Shown here piece after piece: positions 48,786-58,305 of a stretch of 64,000 nt of DNA (position 1 is its first letter; each line of letters starts with the position of its first letter). A program made the position numbers and the translations under genes. This DNA is from a virus, in the IMG/VR virus record IMGVR_UViG_3300034415_000120; one strand, given 5' to 3'. Below the pieces are notes generated by a model, which saw nothing but the letters and a program-made list of their open reading frames with translations, did no database searches and was not told where the DNA came from.

Positions 48786-51130
48786 TGGAAGAGAAAATTT
48801 TAAAATTTGAATGTGCTTTGGATAGAATTATCTATCCAAAGTATACCAAAAAAGTACAATCTGGTGACTTTGCGATATTTAGTATGAGAATAACTAAATG
48901 GTTAGATAATCAAATTGATGGCGTTGAAGTTATCAAACTCAAAGGAACAACGTGTACACTTGAATATGGAACTACATATAAAATATTTTGTAAATTAGCA
49001 GAAACTCACGAAATATATGGAGATACGTATGGATTAATTTATATTAGTAAATGTATTGATATTTCAAGTAAAGATAAACAAAAAGAATTTTTGAAAAATG
49101 TTTTGAATGAAAATTTAGTAGAAAAGCTTTTTGATGAATATGATGACGTTATTAAATTACTTGAAAATAGAGATGTTAAATCTCTAATGAAGATAAAAGG
49201 AATAGGAAATCAAGTAGCTTTAAGAATGATTGATGAATACGAGGAATCTAAAGATTATAGCTCTATTTATATGGAATTAGGTCAGTTGGGATTTACACAT
49301 ACATTTATTAAAAAGCTTGTAGATTTTTATAAATCACCAGATACAGTAATTGATATTGTTAAAAATAATCCATATGATTTGTTGAGAGTTGATGGTATTG
49401 GTTTCAAAAAGGCTGATGAAGTAGCTTGTAAAGTTGGAATAACTCAATATGATGTTAGAAGAATCAAAGGATTTTTATTATATTATTTGAATGATCAAGG
49501 AGAAGCAGGAAGAAGTTATTTAAATTATCAAGATTTAATGAAAGCCTTATATGATACATTGGGATTTGTACCAGAAGAAATAATAAATACCACAGCGAAA
49601 CAAATGATTGATAATAAGGATGTAGTTGTACTTGATAATGGTTCTAAAATAGCATTGAAAAAATTCTACGATTTGGAGAAAAATATTATGAATGAATTAT
49701 TTAGACTTCAAATTGGACTTGTAAAAGTAGTAGAAAATGATTCAAACAAACTCAATAGTATTCATGATGATTATATTCCTAAGTCATTCAACATAGGAAA
49801 TTGGGAAACAATTACAGAAAATGTAGAAGAGAAACAAGGATTTATGTTTACTGATGAACAAAGAGCCGCAATTAAACTTAGCCTGGATAATCATGTTATG
49901 GCTTTAACTGGTGGAGCAGGATCAGGTAAAACAAGCACAGCAAATGGAATATGTTCATTATATAGTGGGTATAGTATTTTAGCTTGTGCGTTATCAGGAA
50001 AAGCCAGTGTGAGAATTACCGAAGCTACGGGACTTTCAGCTAGTACAATTCATAGAGCTTTAGGATATCAAAATGGTGAATTTATGTTCAACAAAGATAA
50101 TAAATTAGCAGTTGATATTGTTTTAATTGATGAAGCAACTATGATTAATGGTGCATTATTCTTATCATTGTTAGAAGCTATCCCAACAGGTGCGAAAGTA
50201 ATTATCATGGGTGATGTACAACAGCTTACACCAATTGGTAATTGTCAAGTATTTGCTGATATTCTTGATAGTAATGTTTTACCAGTAGTAAAATTAAGTA
50301 AACCACATAGACAAGCTTTGAGAAGCGGTATTATTCCAACTTCAATTAAAATTGCCAACCAAGAACAAATCTTTGATGGAAATTATACAGGAAATGTGAT
50401 TATTGGAGAATTAGAAGATATGGAATTGGATATTTCTGGAAAAGGAAATGATGAATCTATATCTGATAAGATTATTAAACATTTTCAAATTGAATTAGAA
50501 AAATTCCATGATATTATGGAAGTTCAGATTTGTGTTCCTATGAGATTACGTGGAGAATTATCTTGCTATAATCTAAATTCTAAAATTCAATCTATTTATA
50601 ATCCCAAATTAAGTAATGGTAACGAAATTGAAATTTTCTTAGAAAAGAAAAAAGACGAAGCAAAAAAATATATTATTAGAGCAGGAGATAAGGTTATTAA
50701 TACAAAAAATAATTACAAGTGTATCAATTCAGAAGGTGACACAACTCCTGTATTCAATGGAAATATGGGAATTGTAAAAGAAATTGAAAAGAATGGAATG
50801 TGTACAATAGATTTTATTGGTATTGGAGAAGTAATCTTTACAAAATCCGATTGTAAAAATCTTGAGTTAGGATATGCATGTACCGTACATAAACTTCAAG
50901 GATCTGGATTCTGCTCAACAATTGTTGGATTGGATAATAGCAGTTACATAATGAATAATTCAGAATTACTTTATACGGCTATCACCAGAGCAAAAAAATA
51001 CTGTGTTCTCATCGCTAACAATTATGCTGTTGTTAAATCTATTCAGACCAAAGAAGTTAAAACTAAGCAAACATTTTTAAAAGATATGTTACTTGAAAAT
51101 GCAAAAAGATTAAAAGAAAAGGAGAATTAA
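48785..51130 (+). CDS. SF1 RecD/Dda-like ATP-dependent DNA helicase
   Basis: Walker A LTGGAGSGKTS; Walker B VLIDEATMI; C-terminal motif YACTVHKLQGSGF (TVHKSQGSE-like). Confidence 0.8.
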   Translation: MEEKILKFECALDRIIYPKYTKKVQSGDFAIFSMRITKWLDNQIDGVEVIKLKGTTCTLEYGTTYKIFCKLAETHEIYGDTYGLIYISKCIDISSKDKQKEFLKNVLNENLVEKLFDEYDDVIKLLENRDVKSLMKIKGIGNQVALRMIDEYEESKDYSSIYMELGQLGFTHTFIKKLVDFYKSPDTVIDIVKNNPYDLLRVDGIGFKKADEVACKVGITQYDVRRIKGFLLYYLNDQGEAGRSYLNYQDLMKALYDTLGFVPEEIINTTAKQMIDNKDVVVLDNGSKIALKKFYDLEKNIMNELFRLQIGLVKVVENDSNKLNSIHDDYIPKSFNIGNWETITENVEEKQGFMFTDEQRAAIKLSLDNHVMALTGGAGSGKTSTANGICSLYSGYSILACALSGKASVRITEATGLSASTIHRALGYQNGEFMFNKDNKLAVDIVLIDEATMINGALFLSLLEAIPTGAKVIIMGDVQQLTPIGNCQVFADILDSNVLPVVKLSKPHRQALRSGIIPTSIKIANQEQIFDGNYTGNVIIGELEDMELDISGKGNDESISDKIIKHFQIELEKFHDIMEVQICVPMRLRGELSCYNLNSKIQSIYNPKLSNGNEIEIFLEKKKDEAKKYIIRAGDKVINTKNNYKCINSEGDTTPVFNGNMGIVKEIEKNGMCTIDFIGIGEVIFTKSDCKNLELGYACTVHKLQGSGFCSTIVGLDNSSYIMNNSELLYTAITRAKKYCVLIANNYAVVKSIQTKEVKTKQTFLKDMLLENAKRLKEKEN

Positions 51131-51133
51131 TAT

Positions 51134-51658
51134 ATGTCAAGTATTTATGAACTTACAGGAGAATATCTGGAACTTATGGATATGTTAGAAGATGAGGAAA
51201 TTGATGAGCAAACAATCATTGATACACTTGAAGCATTGGACGGAGAAATAGAAAATAAAGCAGACAACTACGCTAAGATTATCCGATCTCTTGAATCTGA
51301 CATTGAGGGAATTTCAAAAGAGAATAATAGATTAGCATCAAGAAAAAAAACATATGAAAATAGAATCAAGTGGTTAAAACAAAATCTTGAAATGTGTATG
51401 AGAACCATTGGAAAGAAAAAATTTACAACAGATTTGTTCTCATTTAGCATTCAGAAAAATGGTGGAAAGCGCAAACTTACAATTGATGTTGATGTAGAAA
51501 ATATTCCAGAGGAATATAGAATTAAACAACCTGATGCTGTTGATGGAGAAAAGCTGAGAGATTATTTAAAGGAAAATGGATTAGAAGGACAAGATGGATC
51601 ACTCAATTGTGAATGGTGTCACTTAGAACCACAGAGCGAAAGTTTGAGAATTAGATAA
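51134..51658 (+). CDS. Siphovirus Gp157-like protein
   Basis: N-terminus MSSIYELTGEYLELMDMLEDEEIDEQTIIDTLEALDGEIENKADNYAKII matches the Gp157 family start pattern. Confidence 0.5.
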   Translation: MSSIYELTGEYLELMDMLEDEEIDEQTIIDTLEALDGEIENKADNYAKIIRSLESDIEGISKENNRLASRKKTYENRIKWLKQNLEMCMRTIGKKKFTTDLFSFSIQKNGGKRKLTIDVDVENIPEEYRIKQPDAVDGEKLRDYLKENGLEGQDGSLNCEWCHLEPQSESLRIR

Positions 51659-51692
51659 CTTTTATTTTATAAAGTTTAAAGGAGTATGAGAT

Positions 51693-51962
51693 ATGACATT
51701 TGATAATTTACTTGATTTACAACCTAATGTTAGGTTAGCAGATTTAATTCAATTATTCTTAATGGGGTATGATGATAAAATTTATGTAAATGTGATTATA
51801 CATGAAGCAAACTTAAAAGAACCAATTGAATTATCTGAGGTAAGAATTATAGATAGTGCTTTGAAACCGTATTATGAATATAAAATAGCATATTTAGAAG
51901 ATTCATATTATGAAACTCCTGGAAGCATGATGACAATAAATCTAACAAAAGAAGATGATTAA
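51693..51962 (+). CDS. hypothetical protein
   Basis: ORF. Confidence 0.4.
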   Translation: MTFDNLLDLQPNVRLADLIQLFLMGYDDKIYVNVIIHEANLKEPIELSEVRIIDSALKPYYEYKIAYLEDSYYETPGSMMTINLTKEDD

Positions 51963-51992
51963 ATGAAAGCAGAATTTCATGGCAAAAATGAT

Positions 51993-52035
51993 ACTATATA
52001 TAGTGTTTTGAATAGTTATAAATACTATATATAGT
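51993..52035. promoter_or_regulatory. Pair of perfect palindromes ACTATATATAGT, 31 bp apart
   Basis: Read directly. Preceded at 51964-51979 by a TGAAA-N6-TTTCA site, the same arrangement as at 18477-18551. Confidence 0.45.
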
Positions 52036-52051
52036 ACGTGAGAAAAGGGGT

Positions 52052-52450
52052 GAACAACTATTATTCCAGAAAAATGTAATAAATGTGGTTGTGAAGAATT
52101 TTATACAAAAGAAAGTGGCACACAGACAGGACTGTATTGTAAGAAATGCAACAAATGGATTAAATGGTTAAGTAAGAAAGAAATAACTGACTTTAATAAA
52201 CTGAGTGTTTCTGATGTACAGATTGATACAAATGGTGACATTCATGGCAAATTAGTTTCTTCAATTGAAGAGCGTTTGTGGAGATTTGTAGAATTTCTTG
52301 ATAAGAAAATTGATAAAGAATTAGAAAGAGAACCATTATCTCAATCAGATTCTATTGCAAAATGTTCTTATTCACTTGCATTAGAAAGAGATAAAAACGC
52401 ACTAATCAATATTCTTAATGGTAGAGAATTTCATGATATGGGTGAATAAA
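52052..52450 (+). CDS. Zn-ribbon protein with no canonical start codon in frame (possible ATT start after RBS AAAAGGGG)
   Basis: Open frame of ~132 codons from the stop at 52042 to TAA 52448-52450, encoding ..IIPEKCNKCGCEEFYTKESGTQTGLYCKKCNKW.. The first in-frame ATG/GTG/TTG is far downstream, so the start is uncertain. Confidence 0.3.
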
Positions 52451-52451
52451 T

Positions 52452-52766
52452 ATGTTATACAAAATCAAGAGTATTAAACATAACGGTACATGTGATGAAT
52501 GTGGCACTGAAAGAACAGATGACAGATATCATCAACGAATTGGTAGAGTTGTAGAGTTAAATATTGATGATATCGAAATTGGATATCCGCTACTCATTCG
52601 ATATATAAAAGATTCTGATGGTACTTCAATGAAGTTTAGTCTTTTGAAAACAAGTTGTGTTAAAAACTATATTACTGTTGATGATTTAGAAGGAATCGTA
52701 AAATATATTACGATAGAAACCCAAAACTCCATATTTGAGTTTGAAAGAGTGGATGATAATGAATAA
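52452..52766 (+). CDS. hypothetical protein
   Basis: ORF. Confidence 0.45.
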   Translation: MLYKIKSIKHNGTCDECGTERTDDRYHQRIGRVVELNIDDIEIGYPLLIRYIKDSDGTSMKFSLLKTSCVKNYITVDDLEGIVKYITIETQNSIFEFERVDDNE

Positions 52767-52978
52767 ATATGTTAAATCATATCTACAAGCTTTAGAAGAA
52801 ACATTGTCAAAGAAGTACAGTATTTCATCATATAAAGCAAAATGATTATTCAAGATTCATATGTAATTCAATGTTTAAGAGACTATCCAGAAGAAAGTTT
52901 ACATGAGGATATAGAAACTGTCGCAGATATTATATATGGTGATTATATATGGTGATTATATAGAAAAGAGGTAAATAA

Positions 52979-53548
52979 ATGCAAGATATTTTAGGAAGAG
53001 AACTACAAGACGGTGATATATGTGTTGGAAAAGGCACTGGACGTAATGTAATTGGAATGTCAATTGGTGTCTGGTATGGTAATTCAATGACTGATGAAGA
53101 TGGATGTAAACGACATATGAGAGATCTATTTAAGATTGTAAATCCTTCTGATGAGGAACTTAAGATTGCAAATGAAATTAAAAGTAGACTACGTGAACAA
53201 GAAGAAGAGAAAGAAAAGAAGAGGCAAATTAAAACTATTCCATTGAAAGATTTAGTTGTTGGTGGAATATATAAAGGCATCTATGGAGAATATTATTTAT
53301 ATTTGGGAAATAGAATTGTTTCTAATGAATATAGAGACGCATTAATAGAAGAAAAGGGTAATTGTTTTATTCGTATATCAAATGCAAATATGGAATTAAA
53401 AAGAATGTTTAATTCGGCAGATATTAAGGTTTTAAAAGGGTGTAAAAAATTAGTAGAACATATAAAAACTGTAGAATTAAAAAAATTCCCAATAGTAATT
53501 GAGTCCTGTTCTCCACTTGATTACAAAAGAAAACTTACAATAAGATGA
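52979..53548 (+). CDS. hypothetical protein
   Basis: ORF with RBS AGAGGTAAATAAATG. Confidence 0.45.
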   Translation: MQDILGRELQDGDICVGKGTGRNVIGMSIGVWYGNSMTDEDGCKRHMRDLFKIVNPSDEELKIANEIKSRLREQEEEKEKKRQIKTIPLKDLVVGGIYKGIYGEYYLYLGNRIVSNEYRDALIEEKGNCFIRISNANMELKRMFNSADIKVLKGCKKLVEHIKTVELKKFPIVIESCSPLDYKRKLTIR

Positions 53549-53572
53549 AAGAACTGTTTCATGGAGGTCAAT

Positions 53573-53788
53573 ATGAGAGATAAGAATAGAATACCAGAAT
53601 TTACTAAAGAATTAGAAAGAGTATGGATGAGATATTATCCAGATTGGAGATTTGGTCAGTTGATGATGAACTTTCTAAATTATGTTGCACTTGAATATAA
53701 ACGAGATCCATTCTTTCCAGAAGAATCAGAGATGTTAAAGTATCTGAAAGAATATGAGAAGAAAAGTCCATATTATAAGGAGAAATAA
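53573..53788 (+). CDS. hypothetical protein
   Basis: ATG 53573 follows GGAGGTCAAT; the ORF-track start at 53561 overlaps the palindromic motif. Confidence 0.4.
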   Translation: MRDKNRIPEFTKELERVWMRYYPDWRFGQLMMNFLNYVALEYKRDPFFPEESEMLKYLKEYEKKSPYYKEK

Positions 53789-53792
53789 AAGT

Positions 53793-54047
53793 ATGAGTAA
53801 AAAGCATTATATATATGTCCCATGTATTAAATATGGTCATAATGGCGGTGTAATGGGAGACAAATACAAAAATATGCAAGATGCATGGGACTGGCTTTTA
53901 GAATACAAACAAACTTATCATACAAGGAATGATGTTGTGTTTATTGGAGTTATTAAATGTAGAGAAGATGAATCTGCATTTAGCAGAATTATGGATATTG
54001 ATAAAAGGAGTTATGAAAATATATGGGAAACACTATTGGCAAAATGA
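53793..54047 (+). CDS. hypothetical protein
   Basis: ATG after AAGGAGAAATAAAAGT; the ORF-track start at 53754 is less likely. Confidence 0.4.
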   Translation: MSKKHYIYVPCIKYGHNGGVMGDKYKNMQDAWDWLLEYKQTYHTRNDVVFIGVIKCREDESAFSRIMDIDKRSYENIWETLLAK

Positions 54048-55981
54048 AAGAATTAATCCAGGAACTCAATACAGCATCATATGCATATTACACAAGTACA
54101 CCAATTATGTCTGATTATGACTGGGATAAGAAATATGAAGAACTACAGATGTTAGAAAGTCAAGAAAATATCATCTTCCCAAACAGTCCTACTCAAAACG
54201 TGGGATATACAGTATCAGATAAATTAAATGAGGTTAAGTTGGATCATTTGATGTTATCGCTTGACAAGACAAAATCTATCAATGATTTAAAACAATTTGC
54301 TGGGAACAAACAGTGCATTGTATCTGTAAAATGTGATGGTCTTAGTACAACATTAAAGTATATTCATGGTGAATTAGTAAGTGCTGTCACTAGAGGTAAT
54401 GGCTATGAAGGTACAGATGTTCTCAAAAATGTATTAACAATCAAGAATATTCCAAAGAAAATCCCATATTACGATGAGTTAATCATTGATGGAGAAACTA
54501 TTATTGGGTGGGACACATTCAATAAGATTAATGAAAATATTAAAGATACAGATAAAAAATATAAGCATCCAAGAAATCTTGTGTCTGGTTCATTACTTTT
54601 ATTAGATAGTAAAGAAGCTGCTCAAAGAAATATGAGATTCATTGCATGGCGTGTCATTAAAGGATTTGAACATAAATCAGTATATGAAGATTTGCTAAAT
54701 GCAGAAAAATGTGGATTTGAAAGAGTCCCAATGATTCCATATATAGAATGTGAAAATACCCAAACTGTATTAGATACGATTAAAGATGTTGCTGACGCAA
54801 ATAATATTCCATATGACGGTGCAGTAATGGCATATGATGATTACGATTATGGAGAATCATTAGGTAAAACTGATAAATTCTTTAGACATTCCATTGCATA
54901 TAAATATGAAGATCAACTATATGAAACTATATTAAAAGATATTGAATGGAATACTTCTAAAACAGGATTAATTAATCCCGTAGCAATATTTGAACCTATT
55001 GATTTAGATGGTGCAATTACTACCAGAGCCACATTACATAACATTTCTTATATCAAGAAGTTATCTCTTGGTATCGGTGACAGAATCAGAGTATATCGCT
55101 CAAATAAAGTTATCCCAAAAGTACATGATAGTATTGATAAATCTAATAATTTTACAATTCCAGATAAATGTCCTATTTGTGGTGGGGAAACTAAAATTGT
55201 AAAAGAAAATGATTCAGAAGTATTAATGTGTATGAATGATGATTGCCAAGGTAAGTTATTAGGCAAACTCAGTCATGCGGTGAATAGAAATACACTGGAT
55301 ATAGATAATTTATCAGAAGCTACGATTGAGAAATTTATTTCTCTTGGTTGGTTAGATTCTATTAAGAGCGTTTATCATCTATCTGACTATAAGGGTAAAA
55401 TGTATAGTCTTGAAGGATTTGGTAAGAAATCAGTAGATAAATTGTTAGAATCTATTGATAAAAGTAGAGAAACAACACTTGATAGATTTATCTATAGTTT
55501 ATCCATTCCTTTAATTGGTAAAAGTGCAAGTAAAGATATTGCTAAACATTTTAAATATAACTTTGATGAATTTTATCATTGTTTCTCTTGTGGATATGGA
55601 TATTTTTGGAATCTTAAAGTAGATGGTATCGGTGTAGTTGCAAGTAATAATATTCAAAAATTTGCTATAACATACATGGATAAAGTTTTTGAATTGAGTA
55701 AAGAATTTACATTTAAAATTCCCAATGAATCTAATCATAATCAAAATATTTTACAAGGTAAAACATTTGTTATTACAGGATCATTAGAGAAATACAGTAA
55801 TAGAGATGAACTGAAATCTATTATTGAGTTAAATGGCGGTAAAGTATCTGGTTCTGTATCTGCTAAGACGTTTGCGTTGATTAATAATGATATTGAATCT
55901 TCTTCCAGCAAGAACAAGAAAGCAAAATCATTGGGAGTGCAAATTATCAATGAAGAACAATTTATGCAACTATTAAATTAA
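54023..55981 (+). CDS. ligA: NAD-dependent DNA ligase (LigA)
   Basis: Adenylation motif VKCDGLS; Zn finger CPICGGE...CMNDDCQGK; HhH region; C-terminal BRCT-like LQGKTFVITGSL. The N-terminus (MKELIQELNTASYAYY) is LigA-like; the true start may be 54044. Confidence 0.85.
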   Translation: MGNTIGKMKELIQELNTASYAYYTSTPIMSDYDWDKKYEELQMLESQENIIFPNSPTQNVGYTVSDKLNEVKLDHLMLSLDKTKSINDLKQFAGNKQCIVSVKCDGLSTTLKYIHGELVSAVTRGNGYEGTDVLKNVLTIKNIPKKIPYYDELIIDGETIIGWDTFNKINENIKDTDKKYKHPRNLVSGSLLLLDSKEAAQRNMRFIAWRVIKGFEHKSVYEDLLNAEKCGFERVPMIPYIECENTQTVLDTIKDVADANNIPYDGAVMAYDDYDYGESLGKTDKFFRHSIAYKYEDQLYETILKDIEWNTSKTGLINPVAIFEPIDLDGAITTRATLHNISYIKKLSLGIGDRIRVYRSNKVIPKVHDSIDKSNNFTIPDKCPICGGETKIVKENDSEVLMCMNDDCQGKLLGKLSHAVNRNTLDIDNLSEATIEKFISLGWLDSIKSVYHLSDYKGKMYSLEGFGKKSVDKLLESIDKSRETTLDRFIYSLSIPLIGKSASKDIAKHFKYNFDEFYHCFSCGYGYFWNLKVDGIGVVASNNIQKFAITYMDKVFELSKEFTFKIPNESNHNQNILQGKTFVITGSLEKYSNRDELKSIIELNGGKVSGSVSAKTFALINNDIESSSSKNKKAKSLGVQIINEEQFMQLLN

Positions 55982-56008
55982 CATTATAATAGGAAAGGAT
56001 TTTATAAA

Positions 56009-56251
56009 ATGAAGTGCAAAGTCAAATTAAACACAATCAATGATGCAGGATTATTCGTAGCAAAATGTGGAGAATATAAAGATGTGGATATCGACTATGT
56101 ATATTCTAGGTATACGATTGATGCCAAATCTATTATGGGAATTCTAAGCACAAGTCTTAATAAAGAATGTGTTGTAAATTTCTTATCGGATGATGAAAAA
56201 TTATGTAATCAATTTAAAGAAGATATTAGATTATGGATTGTGGAGGGGTAA
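56009..56251 (+). CDS. hypothetical protein
   Basis: ORF with RBS AGGAAAGGATTTTATAAAATG. Confidence 0.4.
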   Translation: MKCKVKLNTINDAGLFVAKCGEYKDVDIDYVYSRYTIDAKSIMGILSTSLNKECVVNFLSDDEKLCNQFKEDIRLWIVEG

Positions 56252-56254
56252 TAC

Positions 56255-57133
56255 ATGACAAGAGCAGATTTATTATTAATGAATGATATTCGTAATATTC
56301 TTGCAAATGGAACAAAAGACGAAAATCCTCGTCCAAAATATGAAGATAGTACACCAGCTCATACATATTTTGTGAATCATGTTGTGAGAACTTATAATCT
56401 TCAAACTGAATTTCCAATTTGTACATTACGTTCTATTGCGTGGAAAAGTGCGATTAAGGAATTGCTATGGATATACCAAGATCAGAGTAGTTCATTACAT
56501 TTATTAAAAGATAAATATAATGTTAATTATTGGGACGCATGGGAATCTAAAGATATTCCAGGAACAATAGGTGTTAGATACGGTGAAACAGTAAGAAAAC
56601 ATAATCTTATAAACAATTTAATTGCTGATATTAAAGAAAATCCATATGGACGTAGACATATTATGTCTTTGTGGCAAGAAGAAGATTTTAAAGAATCTGA
56701 CGGACTTATGCCATGTGCATTCCTTACAATCTGGAATGTAAGAGGTGAATATCTTGATATGTGTCTCATTCAGAGAAGTGGAGATATGCTTACTGCTTCG
56801 GGTGCAGGTGGAGTTAATGAAGTACAGTATGCTTGTTTACAGATGATGGTTGCGAAAGCTACTGGATATAAGCCAGGTAAGTTCACACATTTTGTAGCAA
56901 ATGAACAGATTTACGATCGTCACATTGACGCAGCTAATGAATTACTTAACAGAGCAAAGCAACAGAAATTAGATTTATCTACATCTAATGGACATTATAA
57001 TTATGAATTTGAATCAATCAAAATGAATTTCAATCCTAAGTCTGATAATTTTTATGATTTCTCAATCGAAGATTTTTCTCTTGAAAATTATAATCCGATT
57101 AAGCCACAGATCAAACTTGAATTAGGCATTTAA
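56255..57133 (+). CDS. Thymidylate synthase (ThyA) family enzyme, divergent; dUMP-type pocket (Asn retained); candidate dTMP synthase or dUMP hydroxymethylase
   Basis: ELLW motif; RRHIMSLWQ (cf. SRRIIVSAWN); catalytic Cys in LMPCAF (cf. LPPCH); IQRSGD (cf. YQRSCD); VNEVQY (Asn of the N177 position); NEQIYDRH (cf. GDTHLY). Confidence 0.7.
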   Translation: MTRADLLLMNDIRNILANGTKDENPRPKYEDSTPAHTYFVNHVVRTYNLQTEFPICTLRSIAWKSAIKELLWIYQDQSSSLHLLKDKYNVNYWDAWESKDIPGTIGVRYGETVRKHNLINNLIADIKENPYGRRHIMSLWQEEDFKESDGLMPCAFLTIWNVRGEYLDMCLIQRSGDMLTASGAGGVNEVQYACLQMMVAKATGYKPGKFTHFVANEQIYDRHIDAANELLNRAKQQKLDLSTSNGHYNYEFESIKMNFNPKSDNFYDFSIEDFSLENYNPIKPQIKLELGI

Positions 57134-57143
57134 GAATAGGAGC

Positions 57144-57725
57144 GTGATTATTATACATACAGTATATTGTGTATTAGGAAGAACAGGATCAGGTAAATCA
57201 ACAATTACAAAAGAAGCATCAAAGCAATTGAATATGAGTATCTTACGTTCATATTCTACACGACAATATCTACGTAAAGGTGAAACAAAAGAAAATTCAG
57301 ACCATATATTAATTTCACCAGACGAAGTGGAGAAACATCGTAACGATATGATTGCTTATACTGATAGAGTAGGATATTGTAACTTCGCAACAAAACAACA
57401 ACTCTTAGATAATGACTTCTACATTATCAATCCCACAGGATATTACGAATTAAAACTCAAAACAAAAGATATGGATATTGAATTAGTAACCATTATGGTG
57501 AATGTTCCATATAATGACTTACGAAAAAGAGCAGAGAAACGTGGAGATTATGATGCTTGGCAAGCTAATTACATCAAAGAAAGTGAAGAATTTTCAAGTT
57601 TTGAGAAATCCAATCTTATTGATTACTTTGTATTGAATGATAGAAGTCTTGAAGAATCTGTTGCGAAAATGGTACGTGTAATCAATAAGGACAGAGCAAA
57701 ACGAGGTATCACAGATGAGAAATGA
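57144..57725 (+). CDS. P-loop NTPase, putative (deoxy)nucleoside monophosphate kinase
   Basis: Walker A GRTGSGKST; small size; position between the ThyA-like and HAD genes. GTG start. Confidence 0.45.
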   Translation: MIIIHTVYCVLGRTGSGKSTITKEASKQLNMSILRSYSTRQYLRKGETKENSDHILISPDEVEKHRNDMIAYTDRVGYCNFATKQQLLDNDFYIINPTGYYELKLKTKDMDIELVTIMVNVPYNDLRKRAEKRGDYDAWQANYIKESEEFSSFEKSNLIDYFVLNDRSLEESVAKMVRVINKDRAKRGITDEK

Positions 57726-58305
57726 TATTAAAACATTATATGTTGATTTTGATGGAACATTAGTTGCCACTATAGATGCAATTGTTGATTTATACAATGA
57801 AGATTTTCAGTATTATAAGAAATTTCATTATGTAAATTGGTGGAATGTTGATACTTATGGATTTGAAGAATGCAATTGTGCGTCACCTGGATTTATTGAT
57901 TTGTACTTCAATCAACCTAGATTCTTTGAGAGATTACATTTTATGCCTTGGGCTGAACGTGCAATTAATGAATTATCTGAGTATTACATAATTAAAATTG
58001 TGTCACATGGATATTCACCTAATCTTAAACAAAAGGAAGAATGGATTAAAAAAAGATTTCCAGATATAGAATTTATTGGTGTAAATCTCAAAGAACATTC
58101 AGATAAGTCACATATTGATATGAGTGATGGATTATTTATTGATGATAGTACAAAAAATCTTGTGACTTCCAATGCAAAAGAAAATATTTGTTTTGGTAGA
58201 ACATATAGTTGGAATAGAGATTGGACAGGTAAAAGATTACAGAATTGGGCTGAAATTAGACAATATCTACTAGGTATTGGAAAAGAGGTGACAAAGGAGA
58301 AGTGA
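57715..58305 (+). CDS. HAD-superfamily phosphatase, 5'(3')-deoxyribonucleotidase-like
   Basis: Motif I LYVDFDGTLV (DxDGT); motif III/IV-like GLFIDDS. Confidence 0.55.
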   Translation: MRNDIKTLYVDFDGTLVATIDAIVDLYNEDFQYYKKFHYVNWWNVDTYGFEECNCASPGFIDLYFNQPRFFERLHFMPWAERAINELSEYYIIKIVSHGYSPNLKQKEEWIKKRFPDIEFIGVNLKEHSDKSHIDMSDGLFIDDSTKNLVTSNAKENICFGRTYSWNRDWTGKRLQNWAEIRQYLLGIGKEVTKEK

